From: Actinomycetota bacterium
GTDB lineage: Bacteria > Actinomycetota > Acidimicrobiia > Acidimicrobiales > SZUA-35
DNA: 64,000 nucleotides
Direction of reading: 5' to 3'
Assembly (NCBI GenBank): GCA_039201605.1
Contig: JBCCRO010000030.1
Location: 1,686 to 65,685 of the forward strand
Made by a program: the position numbers and the translations under genes. The notes beneath the pieces were generated by a model that saw nothing but the letters and a program-made list of their open reading frames with translations, did not search any database and was not told the origin of the DNA. Shown here piece by piece: positions 49,310-57,733 of the stretch; position 1 is the stretch's first letter, and each line of letters starts with the position of its first letter.

Positions 49310-50785
49310 ATGCGAGCATCAAAGCGATGGCTTCGCCTGTTGGCACTGCTCATGGCGTTCGGTCTTGTGGCCGTAGCCTGCGGTGGCGACGGCGATGATG
49401 AAGACGCCTCGGCCAGCGAGACGGATGCGTCCGCCTCCGAGGCCTCGGCCTCCGAGGCCGACGACTCCTCGGCTTCGGCTTCCGAAGCCGACGACGGTGA
49501 GGCCATGGAAGACGGCGCAGGCCTCCCGACCGAGGGATCGGTCGAGGTCGCAGCCGGCACCGTCCTGAACCTGGACGAGTGTGAGGACTGGTCGGCCACC
49601 CAGGGTGTCGACGGCGACGAGATTCGTCTCGGTTGGTCGGGCCCCGAGTCGGGCACGCTGGCCGCCTTCGGCGCCATCGGTGAAGGTATGCAGTTCTACT
49701 TCGATTCGGTCAACGACACCGATCCGATCGACGGCAAGGAGATCGTCCTGATCACCCGGGACGACGCCTACGAGGCCGGTCGGACCGTGGCCAACATCGA
49801 GGAGATGATCGAGGCGGACGACATCTTCGCCTTCGTCCACCTCATCGGTACGCCGAACAACCTGGCTGCCCGTCCCATCACCGACGAGGCCTGCGTGCCT
49901 CAGCTGTTCAACTCCTCGGGCTTCCCGTTCTGGGGCGACCCCGCCAACTTCCCCTGGAACGTCGGCAACATCCTGAACTACGTGACCGAGACCGAGATCT
50001 GGTGCCAGGCCATCGTCGACGAGTTCGGCGAGGGTGCGACCGTCGCCGCTCTCATCATGAACAACGACTTCGGTACGACCTACCTCAACACGCTCAAGGA
50101 CAGCCCCGCCTGCTCCGGCGTCGAGCTGGTCGAGGAGCAGTTGCACGATCCGGCGGCGCCGGACATCACCAACGAGATGACCACCATGATCGCCTCCGAC
50201 GCCGACGTGCTCGTCGCCGGAACGACCTCGGGCTTCTGCTCGCAGGCCACTGCGATCCTGGCCGGCTCGGAGTGGCGTCCCCGCTTCTACCTGTCCTACA
50301 CCTGCAACAACCTCTCGAGCTTCTTCGTGCCGGTTGCGGCCGAGGCCATCACCCTCAGCAGTGAGGGTTCGGCCCCGACCATGGCCAACTCCAACAAGAT
50401 CTGCGGCGATCCCATCTACGCCGACGATCCGGCCGTGCAGGAAGTGGAGCGGATCCTGGACGAGTACGGGGGCGTGACCTGCGCCGACGGTTCGTTCTCG
50501 ACCGGTGTCCTCTACGGACAGTTCGTCGAGGACGTGCTCCGTGACGCCGCCGCCATGGAGGGTGGCCTCAACCGGGTGAACCTCATGGCTGCGGTGTGGA
50601 ATGCCGACACCAGCAACGACCTGCTGCTCGGCGGCACCCTCAAGCTGGACGGCGTCAACGACGCCTACTGGACCGAGGCTGCCCAGCTGCAGGAGGTGAC
50701 CGATGACGGCTCCGGTGGTGTGACCTTCACCAGCATCGGCGACTTCATCGACTTCGAGGGTCAGGGCGGTTCGTTCGGCGGCTGA
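49310..50785 (+). CDS. ABC transporter substrate-binding lipoprotein (Leu/Ile/Val-binding protein family)
   Basis: Trimmed to ATG 49310 (GGAGAGG 9 nt upstream). LLALLMAFGLVAVACGG lipobox, an acidic linker, then a type-I periplasmic-binding fold. Confidence 0.85.
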   Translation: MRASKRWLRLLALLMAFGLVAVACGGDGDDEDASASETDASASEASASEADDSSASASEADDGEAMEDGAGLPTEGSVEVAAGTVLNLDECEDWSATQGVDGDEIRLGWSGPESGTLAAFGAIGEGMQFYFDSVNDTDPIDGKEIVLITRDDAYEAGRTVANIEEMIEADDIFAFVHLIGTPNNLAARPITDEACVPQLFNSSGFPFWGDPANFPWNVGNILNYVTETEIWCQAIVDEFGEGATVAALIMNNDFGTTYLNTLKDSPACSGVELVEEQLHDPAAPDITNEMTTMIASDADVLVAGTTSGFCSQATAILAGSEWRPRFYLSYTCNNLSSFFVPVAAEAITLSSEGSAPTMANSNKICGDPIYADDPAVQEVERILDEYGGVTCADGSFSTGVLYGQFVEDVLRDAAAMEGGLNRVNLMAAVWNADTSNDLLLGGTLKLDGVNDAYWTEAAQLQEVTDDGSGGVTFTSIGDFIDFEGQGGSFGG

Positions 50786-50822
50786 TCGCCGTGAACCGCT
50801 AGTGCTCTAGCTGACGCAGGTC

Positions 50823-50867
50823 GGCGGTCCGTGGCTTTTGCCACAGGCCGCCGGCCTTCGTCGTTTT
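50823..50867 (+). terminator. probable intrinsic terminator of the liv operon
   Basis: GGCGGTCCGTGGC-TTTT-GCCACAGGCCGCC (one wobble, one mismatch), followed by ...CGTCGTTTTC. Confidence 0.45.
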
Positions 50868-51048
50868 CAGGGGTGGCGCCAGTACCTCCTCGAGCCGGGA
50901 CGGGCGCCCGCACCTCGTCGAGGCGGGTGGACGACGAGGTCGCCGTCGCCGAACCGGTCGCCGGACGCGCAACGGGGCGACGCCCGTACCCCCGTGAGGA
51001 GGTGGTGGCGCCGCCCCGTGCCGGATCAGGTCACGGTGTGCGGATCGG

Positions 51049-52599
51049 TCAGGCGTCCCGCAGCTCGCGGCGGAGGATCTTGCCCGAGGCGCTCTTGGGG
51101 ATGGCCTCCAACGTCTCCATGGCCCGGACCTGCTTGTAGGAGACCAGGTGCTCGCCCACCAGCTCCTGGAGCTCGTCGAGGGTCACGGTCTCGCCCGGTA
51201 CCGGTACCACGAACGCCTTGGGCAGTTCGCCCGCCTCGTCGTCCTGGATGCCGATCACGGCCACGTCGGCCACCTTGGGGTGGGTCACGATCACGGCCTC
51301 CAGCTCGGCCGGCGGCACCTGGAAGCCCTTGTACTTGATCAGCTCCTTGAGCCGGTCGACGATCGACACGTGGTGGTGCTCGTCGACGATGGCCACATCG
51401 CCGGTGTGGAGCCAGCCGTCGGCGTCGATGGTGGCGGCGGTGGCCTCCGCGTTGTTGAGGTAGCCGGTCATCACCTGCGGACCCCGGACCCACAACTCGC
51501 CCCGCTCACCAACCGGCTGATCCTCGCCGGTGCCCGGATCGACGATGCGGGTCTCGGTGTTGGACACCGTCACCCCGCTGGTGCCGGGCCGGAAGTCGCC
51601 CTCGGGGGTGCAGTGGCTCACCGGGCTCAGCTCGGTCATGCCGTAGCCCTGCACCACCTCGCAGTTCACCCGGGCCGCCGCCTCCTCGGCCAGCTCGGCC
51701 CCGAGGGGGGCGGCACCGGAGAAGATCTGCTTCAGCGACGACAGGTCGTAGTCGTCGACGATCGGGGCTTTGGCCAGGCCGAGCACCATCGGCGGCACGG
51801 CGTAGAAGCGGGTGATCTTGTGTTCCTGGACGGCGGTGAGGGCCTCGACCATGTCGAAGCGGGGCATGGTCACCACCTTGACCCCGTTGGCCAGGAGGCC
51901 GTTCATCAGCACCTGCATGCCGTAGATGTGGAAGAACGGCAGCGCGGCCAGGGCCGCCTCGTTCTGGTCGTAGACGATGGCGTGCTGACACTGCTCGATG
52001 TTGGCCACCAGGTTGCGGTGGGTGAGCATCACACCCTTGGGGAGGCCGGTGGTGCCCGAGGAGTAGGGGAGGACGACGGTGTGGGTCGCAGTGTCGACCG
52101 GCACCTGCTCGATCGGCTCACCGAACAGCTCGGCCGCCGACCTGGTGCCTTCCGGCCCGTCGCCCAGCACGTAGACGTCGGTGACGTCGGTGCCCTCGAT
52201 GGCCTCCAGCGCCGTCTCGGCGAACATCCCGATCGTCACCAGAAGGGAGGCGCCGGCGTCCTGGAGCTGGAACCGGACCTCGCCCGCACCGTACGTCGGG
52301 TTGATGGTGGTGACGGCCCCGCCGGCCACGGCGGCACCGTGGAAGGCGATGGCGTACTCGGGGATGTTGGGGGCCATGATCCCCATCACCGAGCCCGGAC
52401 CGAAGCCCTTGGCCGCCAGTCCGCCGGCTAAAGAGTGGATGGCGCCCTGCAGGGCCGAGAAGGTGTACGAGCTGTCGCCCGAGGTGTTGGTCATCGCCAC
52501 CTGATCGGCGAGCTCACCGGCCTTGCGCAGGATGTGGGACGTGATGGTGACGTCCGGGATCTCGACGTCGGGTAGTGGGCTTTGGTGAATGATGACCAC
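51049..52599 (-). CDS. AMP-dependent acyl-CoA synthetase/ligase (4-coumarate- or long-chain-fatty-acid-CoA ligase-like)
   Basis: Track ORF trimmed to GTG 52597-52599. LPYSSGTTGLPKGVMLTHRNL, GYGMTE, WLHTGD, LIKYKGFQV, PKSASGKILRREL. Confidence 0.9.
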   Translation of the reverse strand: MVIIHQSPLPDVEIPDVTITSHILRKAGELADQVAMTNTSGDSSYTFSALQGAIHSLAGGLAAKGFGPGSVMGIMAPNIPEYAIAFHGAAVAGGAVTTINPTYGAGEVRFQLQDAGASLLVTIGMFAETALEAIEGTDVTDVYVLGDGPEGTRSAAELFGEPIEQVPVDTATHTVVLPYSSGTTGLPKGVMLTHRNLVANIEQCQHAIVYDQNEAALAALPFFHIYGMQVLMNGLLANGVKVVTMPRFDMVEALTAVQEHKITRFYAVPPMVLGLAKAPIVDDYDLSSLKQIFSGAAPLGAELAEEAAARVNCEVVQGYGMTELSPVSHCTPEGDFRPGTSGVTVSNTETRIVDPGTGEDQPVGERGELWVRGPQVMTGYLNNAEATAATIDADGWLHTGDVAIVDEHHHVSIVDRLKELIKYKGFQVPPAELEAVIVTHPKVADVAVIGIQDDEAGELPKAFVVPVPGETVTLDELQELVGEHLVSYKQVRAMETLEAIPKSASGKILRRELRDA

Positions 52600-52681
52600 A
52601 GGGGCACCTCGCTCGTACAGGGGGATTTCGATACGTAGGCCCCGCAGCATAGGGGCTCGACGGTCGTCGGTTCCTATGCGG

Positions 52682-54610
52682 TCAGGCGGGGGCGCCGGGC
52701 CTGGTCTGCGTCGGCCGCTCCCGCAACCACTCGATGAGCGCCGGGGGCGGTCGGCCGTGATCGTCGGCGGCGAAGGTCGGCACATCGGTCGGGGGGAATC
52801 CGGCGGCCACCGACTCCAGGCGGACGATGGGACGGCCGAGCCGGGCGGCCAGGCCGATCCGCTGGGCCAGGCGCCACGAGGTGGCCCCGCGCTCGGTGAT
52901 CACCGCCACCACGCAGGCGGCGGCGGCCAGGGCGGAGTCGACGGCGTCGACCACGGGGGTGGCGTCGGACGCCTCCACGGCCGCGGCCGGGGGGCCGGGG
53001 TCGTCGGCGGGCGGGTCGAGGGTGGTGACGTCGAAGCCGAGGTCCGCCAACGCGGCGACGGCGACCGAAACCTCGTGGCCGTCGTCGTCGGCGCCGATCA
53101 CCACCACCCCACGACCGGGACCACCGGGGCGGGCGGCGGCGGCATCGAGGACGTGGGGCGACACCGCCGCCGACCACACCGGGTCGCCCTCGACCGCCAG
53201 CGCCACGACCGTGGTCTCGTTGGCGTCGACGTCGGCCACGGCCAGGACGTGATCGCCGGCCCTGGGGGTGACGGTGGCCGTCGCCACCGGCTCCGGGTCG
53301 GTGGTCCGGCCGCTGCGGGCCCGGAAGTGGACGGTCACCGCCGTGCCGTCGAAGTCGGCCTCCGGGCGGACGGCGGCGGTGGCCCGGGTCGGCACGCCCG
53401 TGTGGGGTGGGAGCAGCGCCGTCGTTCGGCCGGCGGCGTCGTCGAACTCGTAGGCGGCGGCGGCCCCGTGCAGCAGCAACAGGTCGTGCACGTCGCCCGC
53501 CATCACGCCGCCCACGATGGCGGCTCCGACCGCCACCACGTCGGTGGGGGAGGGGGCGGGGAGCGGGGCGATGCCGAGGTCGAGCGACAGGGTGTCGGCG
53601 AACACCGGCCGCGTCGCCGCCCCGCCCACCAGCACCGCGCCGTCGAGATCGGGCACCGGCCAATCGGCGGTGTCGAGAGCGGTGCCGACCAGAGCCCGGA
53701 GGTGGGCGGCGGTGGCGGTGGCGGGCCCCTGCCACACCTCGGTCGTCAGCTGGAGGGCCAGGTCCGCCTGCGGCGACGGGCCGGCTCCAGCGGGCCCGGC
53801 GGCGGGCAGACCGTCGAGATAGTCGGGCACCCGCACCACGGCCCGACCGGTGGCCGCCAGCTCGCGGTCGGCCGCTCGGGCGGCGGCCAGGAGCCGGGCG
53901 TAGGGGATGGCGCCCCCGGCCGGGTCGACGCCGGTCTCGGCTCGGATCCAGCGGGCGATGGTGGCGGCCACGGCGTGGTGCCATCCCTCGCCGCTCACCC
54001 GGTCGGTGGAGGCGGCGTAGTGGGCGTCGAGCACCCCGCTGCCGGTGTCGATCAGGGCGACGGACAGGCCGCCTCCGCCCGCGTCGATCAGGAGGAAGGT
54101 GCCGGCCGGGGCGTCGGCCAGCGTGGCGGCGGCGGCGCAGCTGGTCGAGGGGACGAGGCGGGCCACCTCGACCCCGGCCCGGCGGACGGCGTCGGCCAGG
54201 GCGAGCCGGTGGCGGAGGGGGACCGACGGTCGGACCGCGACCACCGCCCGGATATCGGCACCGGCGGCGGGCGCCTCGGGGACGGCGGCCGCCACGGCCT
54301 TGGCCACCAGTGCGGACACGACCTGTTTCGCCGTCGGGGCCGGATCGGTGGGGGTGGTCGGTGAGGCCTCGTCGGCGGCCAGGGTCAGCGGCCGTTCGAC
54401 GGCGCCCAGGAGGTGGAGGAACGACCGGACGGCCCGATCGGGTCGGGCCTCGGTGAGGGCCGACGCCTCGTCACCCACGACGAAACCGTGGGCGGTGGCG
54501 CAGGCCACAGCCGGGATGCGGGCCCCGTCGGGTATGACGGCGCCGCGGTCGGTCAGCCGTGCCGCCCGAACGGCGGTGGCGCCGATGTCGAGGCCGATCG
54601 TGATGGACAC
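52682..54610 (-). CDS. Hsp70/DnaK-like ATPase (NBD + SBD-beta, no helical lid) fused to a C-terminal TIR-like alpha/beta domain
   Basis: IGLDIGATAVRAA (phosphate 1), FLLIDAGGGGLSVALID (phosphate 2), AVLVGGAATRPVFADTL (adenosine motif), then DVDANETTVVALAVEG resembling the SBD-beta DIDANGIL segment. The last 141 aa (52682-53107) alternate strand/helix like TIR. The start is uncertain: GTG 54608-54610 is preferred and ATG 54808 is possible. Confidence 0.75.
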   Translation of the reverse strand: MSITIGLDIGATAVRAARLTDRGAVIPDGARIPAVACATAHGFVVGDEASALTEARPDRAVRSFLHLLGAVERPLTLAADEASPTTPTDPAPTAKQVVSALVAKAVAAAVPEAPAAGADIRAVVAVRPSVPLRHRLALADAVRRAGVEVARLVPSTSCAAAATLADAPAGTFLLIDAGGGGLSVALIDTGSGVLDAHYAASTDRVSGEGWHHAVAATIARWIRAETGVDPAGGAIPYARLLAAARAADRELAATGRAVVRVPDYLDGLPAAGPAGAGPSPQADLALQLTTEVWQGPATATAAHLRALVGTALDTADWPVPDLDGAVLVGGAATRPVFADTLSLDLGIAPLPAPSPTDVVAVGAAIVGGVMAGDVHDLLLLHGAAAAYEFDDAAGRTTALLPPHTGVPTRATAAVRPEADFDGTAVTVHFRARSGRTTDPEPVATATVTPRAGDHVLAVADVDANETTVVALAVEGDPVWSAAVSPHVLDAAAARPGGPGRGVVVIGADDDGHEVSVAVAALADLGFDVTTLDPPADDPGPPAAAVEASDATPVVDAVDSALAAAACVVAVITERGATSWRLAQRIGLAARLGRPIVRLESVAAGFPPTDVPTFAADDHGRPPPALIEWLRERPTQTRPGAPA

Positions 54611-54683
54611 GTCGTGCGACGCTAGCGCCGACCGGCCGTGCTCAAGCCGGCCTGTGGCACTTGTCCGTTCGGAATCGGACCAT

Positions 54684-54852
54684 CTAGTGCCCTGGCCACC
54701 AACCTTTGCGGTGTTTGCCCGGCGCCTGACGCCGCTGGGCGGCGTCCTCGTCGCCCCTCTCACGCTCACAGGTGAGCGGGACTCCTGCGTCCTTGCCAGC
54801 GACGCCATTCACTCGGGCAAACCCGAGCGAACGTTCGTGGCCAGGGCACTAG
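54684..54852. repeat. perfect 16-bp inverted repeat CTAGTGCCCTGGCCAC / GTGGCCAGGGCACTAG bracketing a 137-nt spacer downstream of the PPC-lipoprotein gene
   Basis: Arms at 54684-54699 and 54837-54852, read directly. The right arm contains the TAG stop (54849-54851). Inner hairpins lie at 54728-54746 (GACGCCGC-TGG-GCGGCGTC) and 54812-54827 (CTCGGG-CAAA-CCCGAG). Confidence 0.7.
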
Positions 54853-55919
54853 GTCAGCGAGGCCCGGAACTGGTAGATCCCGGTCGTGCTCTCGATGGTT
54901 CCGCCGTCGCCACCGGCGAACTCCAGGGCGTAGGTGCCGGTCTCGTCGAGGACGAACGGGCCCTGGGCCCGACAGCCGCCGTTGCCGATCCAGCCGACGT
55001 CGAAGCGCTGGCCGAGCGGATCGACGATGAACAGGTCGAGGTCCTGACGGCAGCTGTCGGCCTGGCCGATGGTGAGGATCTCGACGGCGAGCACCTGGCC
55101 GGCGGTGGCGTCGAAGGTCCACACGTCGGAACCGAAGACCTCGGAGATCTCACCCCCCTGCACGGTGTCGAAGGTGAGCGAACTCTCGTCTCGCTCGGTG
55201 AGGATGCGGGGGACGAACTGGTAGGGGCCGCTGGTGCTCTCGATGGTGCCGCCGTCACCTCCGACGAACTGCAGCTCGTAGTCGCCGGTGGTGGGCAGCA
55301 GGAAGGGCCCGTGACCCTCACACCCACCGTTGCCGATCCAGCCGAGGTCCCAACGGTTGGCCCGGGAATCGGCGAGGTAGAGGTCGAGGTCCTGTCGGCA
55401 GTCCCCGGCGGCGGTGCCGATCGAGAGCACCTCGACGGTGAGGATCTGTCCTTCGGTACCGGAGAAGGTCCAGTAGTCGGCGGCGAACACGCTCTCGATG
55501 TCGCCGCTGTTGATCTCGCCGAAGGTGATCGGGTTGACGTCGGGGCTGGTGACCGGTTCCTCGTCGTTGGTGCTGTTGAGCTCCTCGAGCACGGGGAGGG
55601 CGATGGCGAGGTTGTCGGCTGCCGAAGGCAGCTCGATCGACCCCTCGGCCACGGTCGGGGGCTCGTCGGCCCCGCCCCCTTCGGTGGTGTCGCCGGTGTC
55701 GTCGGCGTCGGTCGTCGGGTCGCCGTCGGTCGTGGTGTCCGCCTCGTCGGTGGCCTGCGTGGCCAGGGCTGCGGACTCGGTGTCGCCGTCGACGACGCGG
55801 ACGAGGACCTCGGCCTCCGGGCCGCTGGTCGAGGCCCCGCCACAGGCGGCGCCCACCACGGCAAGCGCCCCCAGTACGGCCGTCAGCCGTCCGAGTGATC
55901 GTCGAGTGTTTCCAGTCAT
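54849..55919 (-). CDS. lipoprotein with two tandem pre-peptidase C-terminal (PPC)-like domains
   Basis: ATG 55917-55919 follows GGGGAGAGGGA. LGALAVVGAACGG lipobox and an acidic Thr/Asp linker. Two ~115-aa repeats (..DYWTFSGTEGQILTVEVLSIG..CRQDLDLYLAD..GWIGNGGC.. / ..DVWTFDATAGQVLAVEILTIG..CRQDLDLFIVD..GWIGNGGC..). Confidence 0.75.
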   Translation of the reverse strand: MTGNTRRSLGRLTAVLGALAVVGAACGGASTSGPEAEVLVRVVDGDTESAALATQATDEADTTTDGDPTTDADDTGDTTEGGGADEPPTVAEGSIELPSAADNLAIALPVLEELNSTNDEEPVTSPDVNPITFGEINSGDIESVFAADYWTFSGTEGQILTVEVLSIGTAAGDCRQDLDLYLADSRANRWDLGWIGNGGCEGHGPFLLPTTGDYELQFVGGDGGTIESTSGPYQFVPRILTERDESSLTFDTVQGGEISEVFGSDVWTFDATAGQVLAVEILTIGQADSCRQDLDLFIVDPLGQRFDVGWIGNGGCRAQGPFVLDETGTYALEFAGGDGGTIESTTGIYQFRASLT

Positions 55920-55930
55920 TCCCTCTCCCC

Positions 55931-57622
55931 TCACGGCCCGGCCGCCACCGTCACCACACGCGTCACCCGATCATCGCCCGCCTCCAGGCCGATCTCGATC
56001 GTCCCCGGCGACGACGGGGTGATCTCGACGGCAGCCCCGGTGAACGACTCGCCGTTGACCGTCCAGGCGCCATCCTCGACGCCGGGCGCGGTGAACACCG
56101 CGGCCTGCCCGACGGTCACCGCCGCCGGACCGACGATGACAACCGACGCCGCATCGGGCGCGGTGGCGGTGAACACCAGCTCGTCGGCGCCGTCGCCCTG
56201 GGTGGCCGTGACCTCGACCCAGCCCTCGGTGCCGGGGGTGACGGCGATCGTGGTGCCGACGAACTCGTCGCCGCCCACGGTCCAGGTGGCCGGGGCCCCG
56301 TCGGTGGTGGTGAAGGCCACCTCCTGGCCGACCGGGCCGGTGGTGGGGCCGGTGATGGCGCCGTCGCCGCCGAGCACCTGGGTGGCGAGGAGGGCCAGGC
56401 CGCCGACCACGGCCACCGTCACCACCCCGAGCACGACGAGGAGGGGCAGGCGGGACCGACGGCCCGGCGCCGACACCGCGCCCTGGAACGAGTCGGTGGG
56501 CGCCTGCGGCGACGCCGCATACCCGGCGGGGGCACCGTAGGCCGACGTCGTCGGCGGGTGGGCCTGACCGGCCGGTGTGTACTGGGCCGGGGCGGGACCG
56601 GGAGCCGGGGTGGAGGCCGGGTTGGGCGCGTCCGAGTGGCGGGCCGCCGTGGTCGGCTGGGCGGCGAATCGGTCCGGCACCACCGGGGGCGGCATCGAGC
56701 CCAGCGAGCCGGGGGCCGACGGCGGTGCCGCCACCGTCTGATAGGAGGCGTCGGCTCGGGGCCGCACGGGGGCGCCGCCGGGGGTGGTCAGCGCCGTGCT
56801 GAGCGAGCCGAACCAGGTGTCGATGTCGCGATGGCGAACGTCGGACCGGACGGCGAGACCGCGCTGGAGCTCGGTGGCCAGGGGGCCGGTGGCGGCCATG
56901 GCGTCGTCGGCGAAGGCCGACTGCCCGAGGGCGATCAGGGGCTGGGGCTGGGTGCCGCTGACGGCGGCCACGATCAGGGCCGAGGCGGCGTAGACGTCGG
57001 CCGAGGCGCTGACCGAAGCGTCGCCCCGGAACTGTTCGGGGGCGCCGTAGCCCGGGGTGCCGCCCGCCATCGTGGCGTGGGCGGCGTGGGGGTCGACCAC
57101 CTTGGCCAGACCGAAGTCGGCCACGGCCAACTCCTCGTCGGGCCCGAGCACGCCGGCGATGACCGTCGAGCGGGCCGACTCCGCACCCCGGTTGACCCGG
57201 ATGAGGTAGTTGCTCGGCTTGAGGTCGCGGTGGACCATCCCGGCCCGGTGGATGTGGCCGGTGCAGATGGCGATGGCCCGGGCCAGCTCCACCGCCTCGG
57301 GCACGGTGAGGCGGCGGCCAAGGCCGTCGAGCCGGTCGGCCAGCGTCCCCCGCTCGCAGTACTCCATCACGAAGTAGGGACGTCCGTTGTCCTCGCCGAT
57401 GTCGTAGACCGTGACGAGGCCCGGGGTCTGGAGCTGGCGCATGACGCGGGCTTCGGACACGAAGCGTTCGCGGAGCTCGGCGTCGCCGGCCATGTTGTCG
57501 GCCAGTACTTTGATCGCCACCCAGGCCTGCAGGTCGGGGTCGTGGGCCAGGTAGACGGTGGCGAATCCGCCCGTCCCCAGCACGCTGTGCACCTGATATC
57601 GACCGATTCGATCCGGGATCAC
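55931..57622 (-). CDS. Hanks-type Ser/Thr protein kinase with Pro-rich linker, one TM and two extracellular Ig/PKD-like repeats
   Basis: GTGGFATVYLA...VAIKVL, HRDLKPSNYL, DFGLAK, GTPGYGAPEQ. TM LPLLVVLGVVTVAVVGGLALLA. The C-terminus repeats VGQ..FT....WTV.G..F.G. GTG start. Confidence 0.9.
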   Translation of the reverse strand: MIPDRIGRYQVHSVLGTGGFATVYLAHDPDLQAWVAIKVLADNMAGDAELRERFVSEARVMRQLQTPGLVTVYDIGEDNGRPYFVMEYCERGTLADRLDGLGRRLTVPEAVELARAIAICTGHIHRAGMVHRDLKPSNYLIRVNRGAESARSTVIAGVLGPDEELAVADFGLAKVVDPHAAHATMAGGTPGYGAPEQFRGDASVSASADVYAASALIVAAVSGTQPQPLIALGQSAFADDAMAATGPLATELQRGLAVRSDVRHRDIDTWFGSLSTALTTPGGAPVRPRADASYQTVAAPPSAPGSLGSMPPPVVPDRFAAQPTTAARHSDAPNPASTPAPGPAPAQYTPAGQAHPPTTSAYGAPAGYAASPQAPTDSFQGAVSAPGRRSRLPLLVVLGVVTVAVVGGLALLATQVLGGDGAITGPTTGPVGQEVAFTTTDGAPATWTVGGDEFVGTTIAVTPGTEGWVEVTATQGDGADELVFTATAPDAASVVIVGPAAVTVGQAAVFTAPGVEDGAWTVNGESFTGAAVEITPSSPGTIEIGLEAGDDRVTRVVTVAAGP

Positions 57623-57733
57623 GCCACGCCCTCCCGTCGCCCCCGGCGCAGTCTAGGGCAGGGTGTCCCCGACCTGGGGGCCGATGCCATACCGCACCGG
57701 TACTTTCACCCTGGGCCGGATAGTCACCCGTCG

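Noticed and set aside
50831-51338. ORFs 50831-51139(+) and 50838-51338(+) in the liv / acyl-CoA-ligase spacer
   Set aside because: The translations are Arg/Pro-rich. They overlap the terminator hairpin and the 3' end of the acyl-CoA ligase gene on the other strand, and have no supporting motifs.
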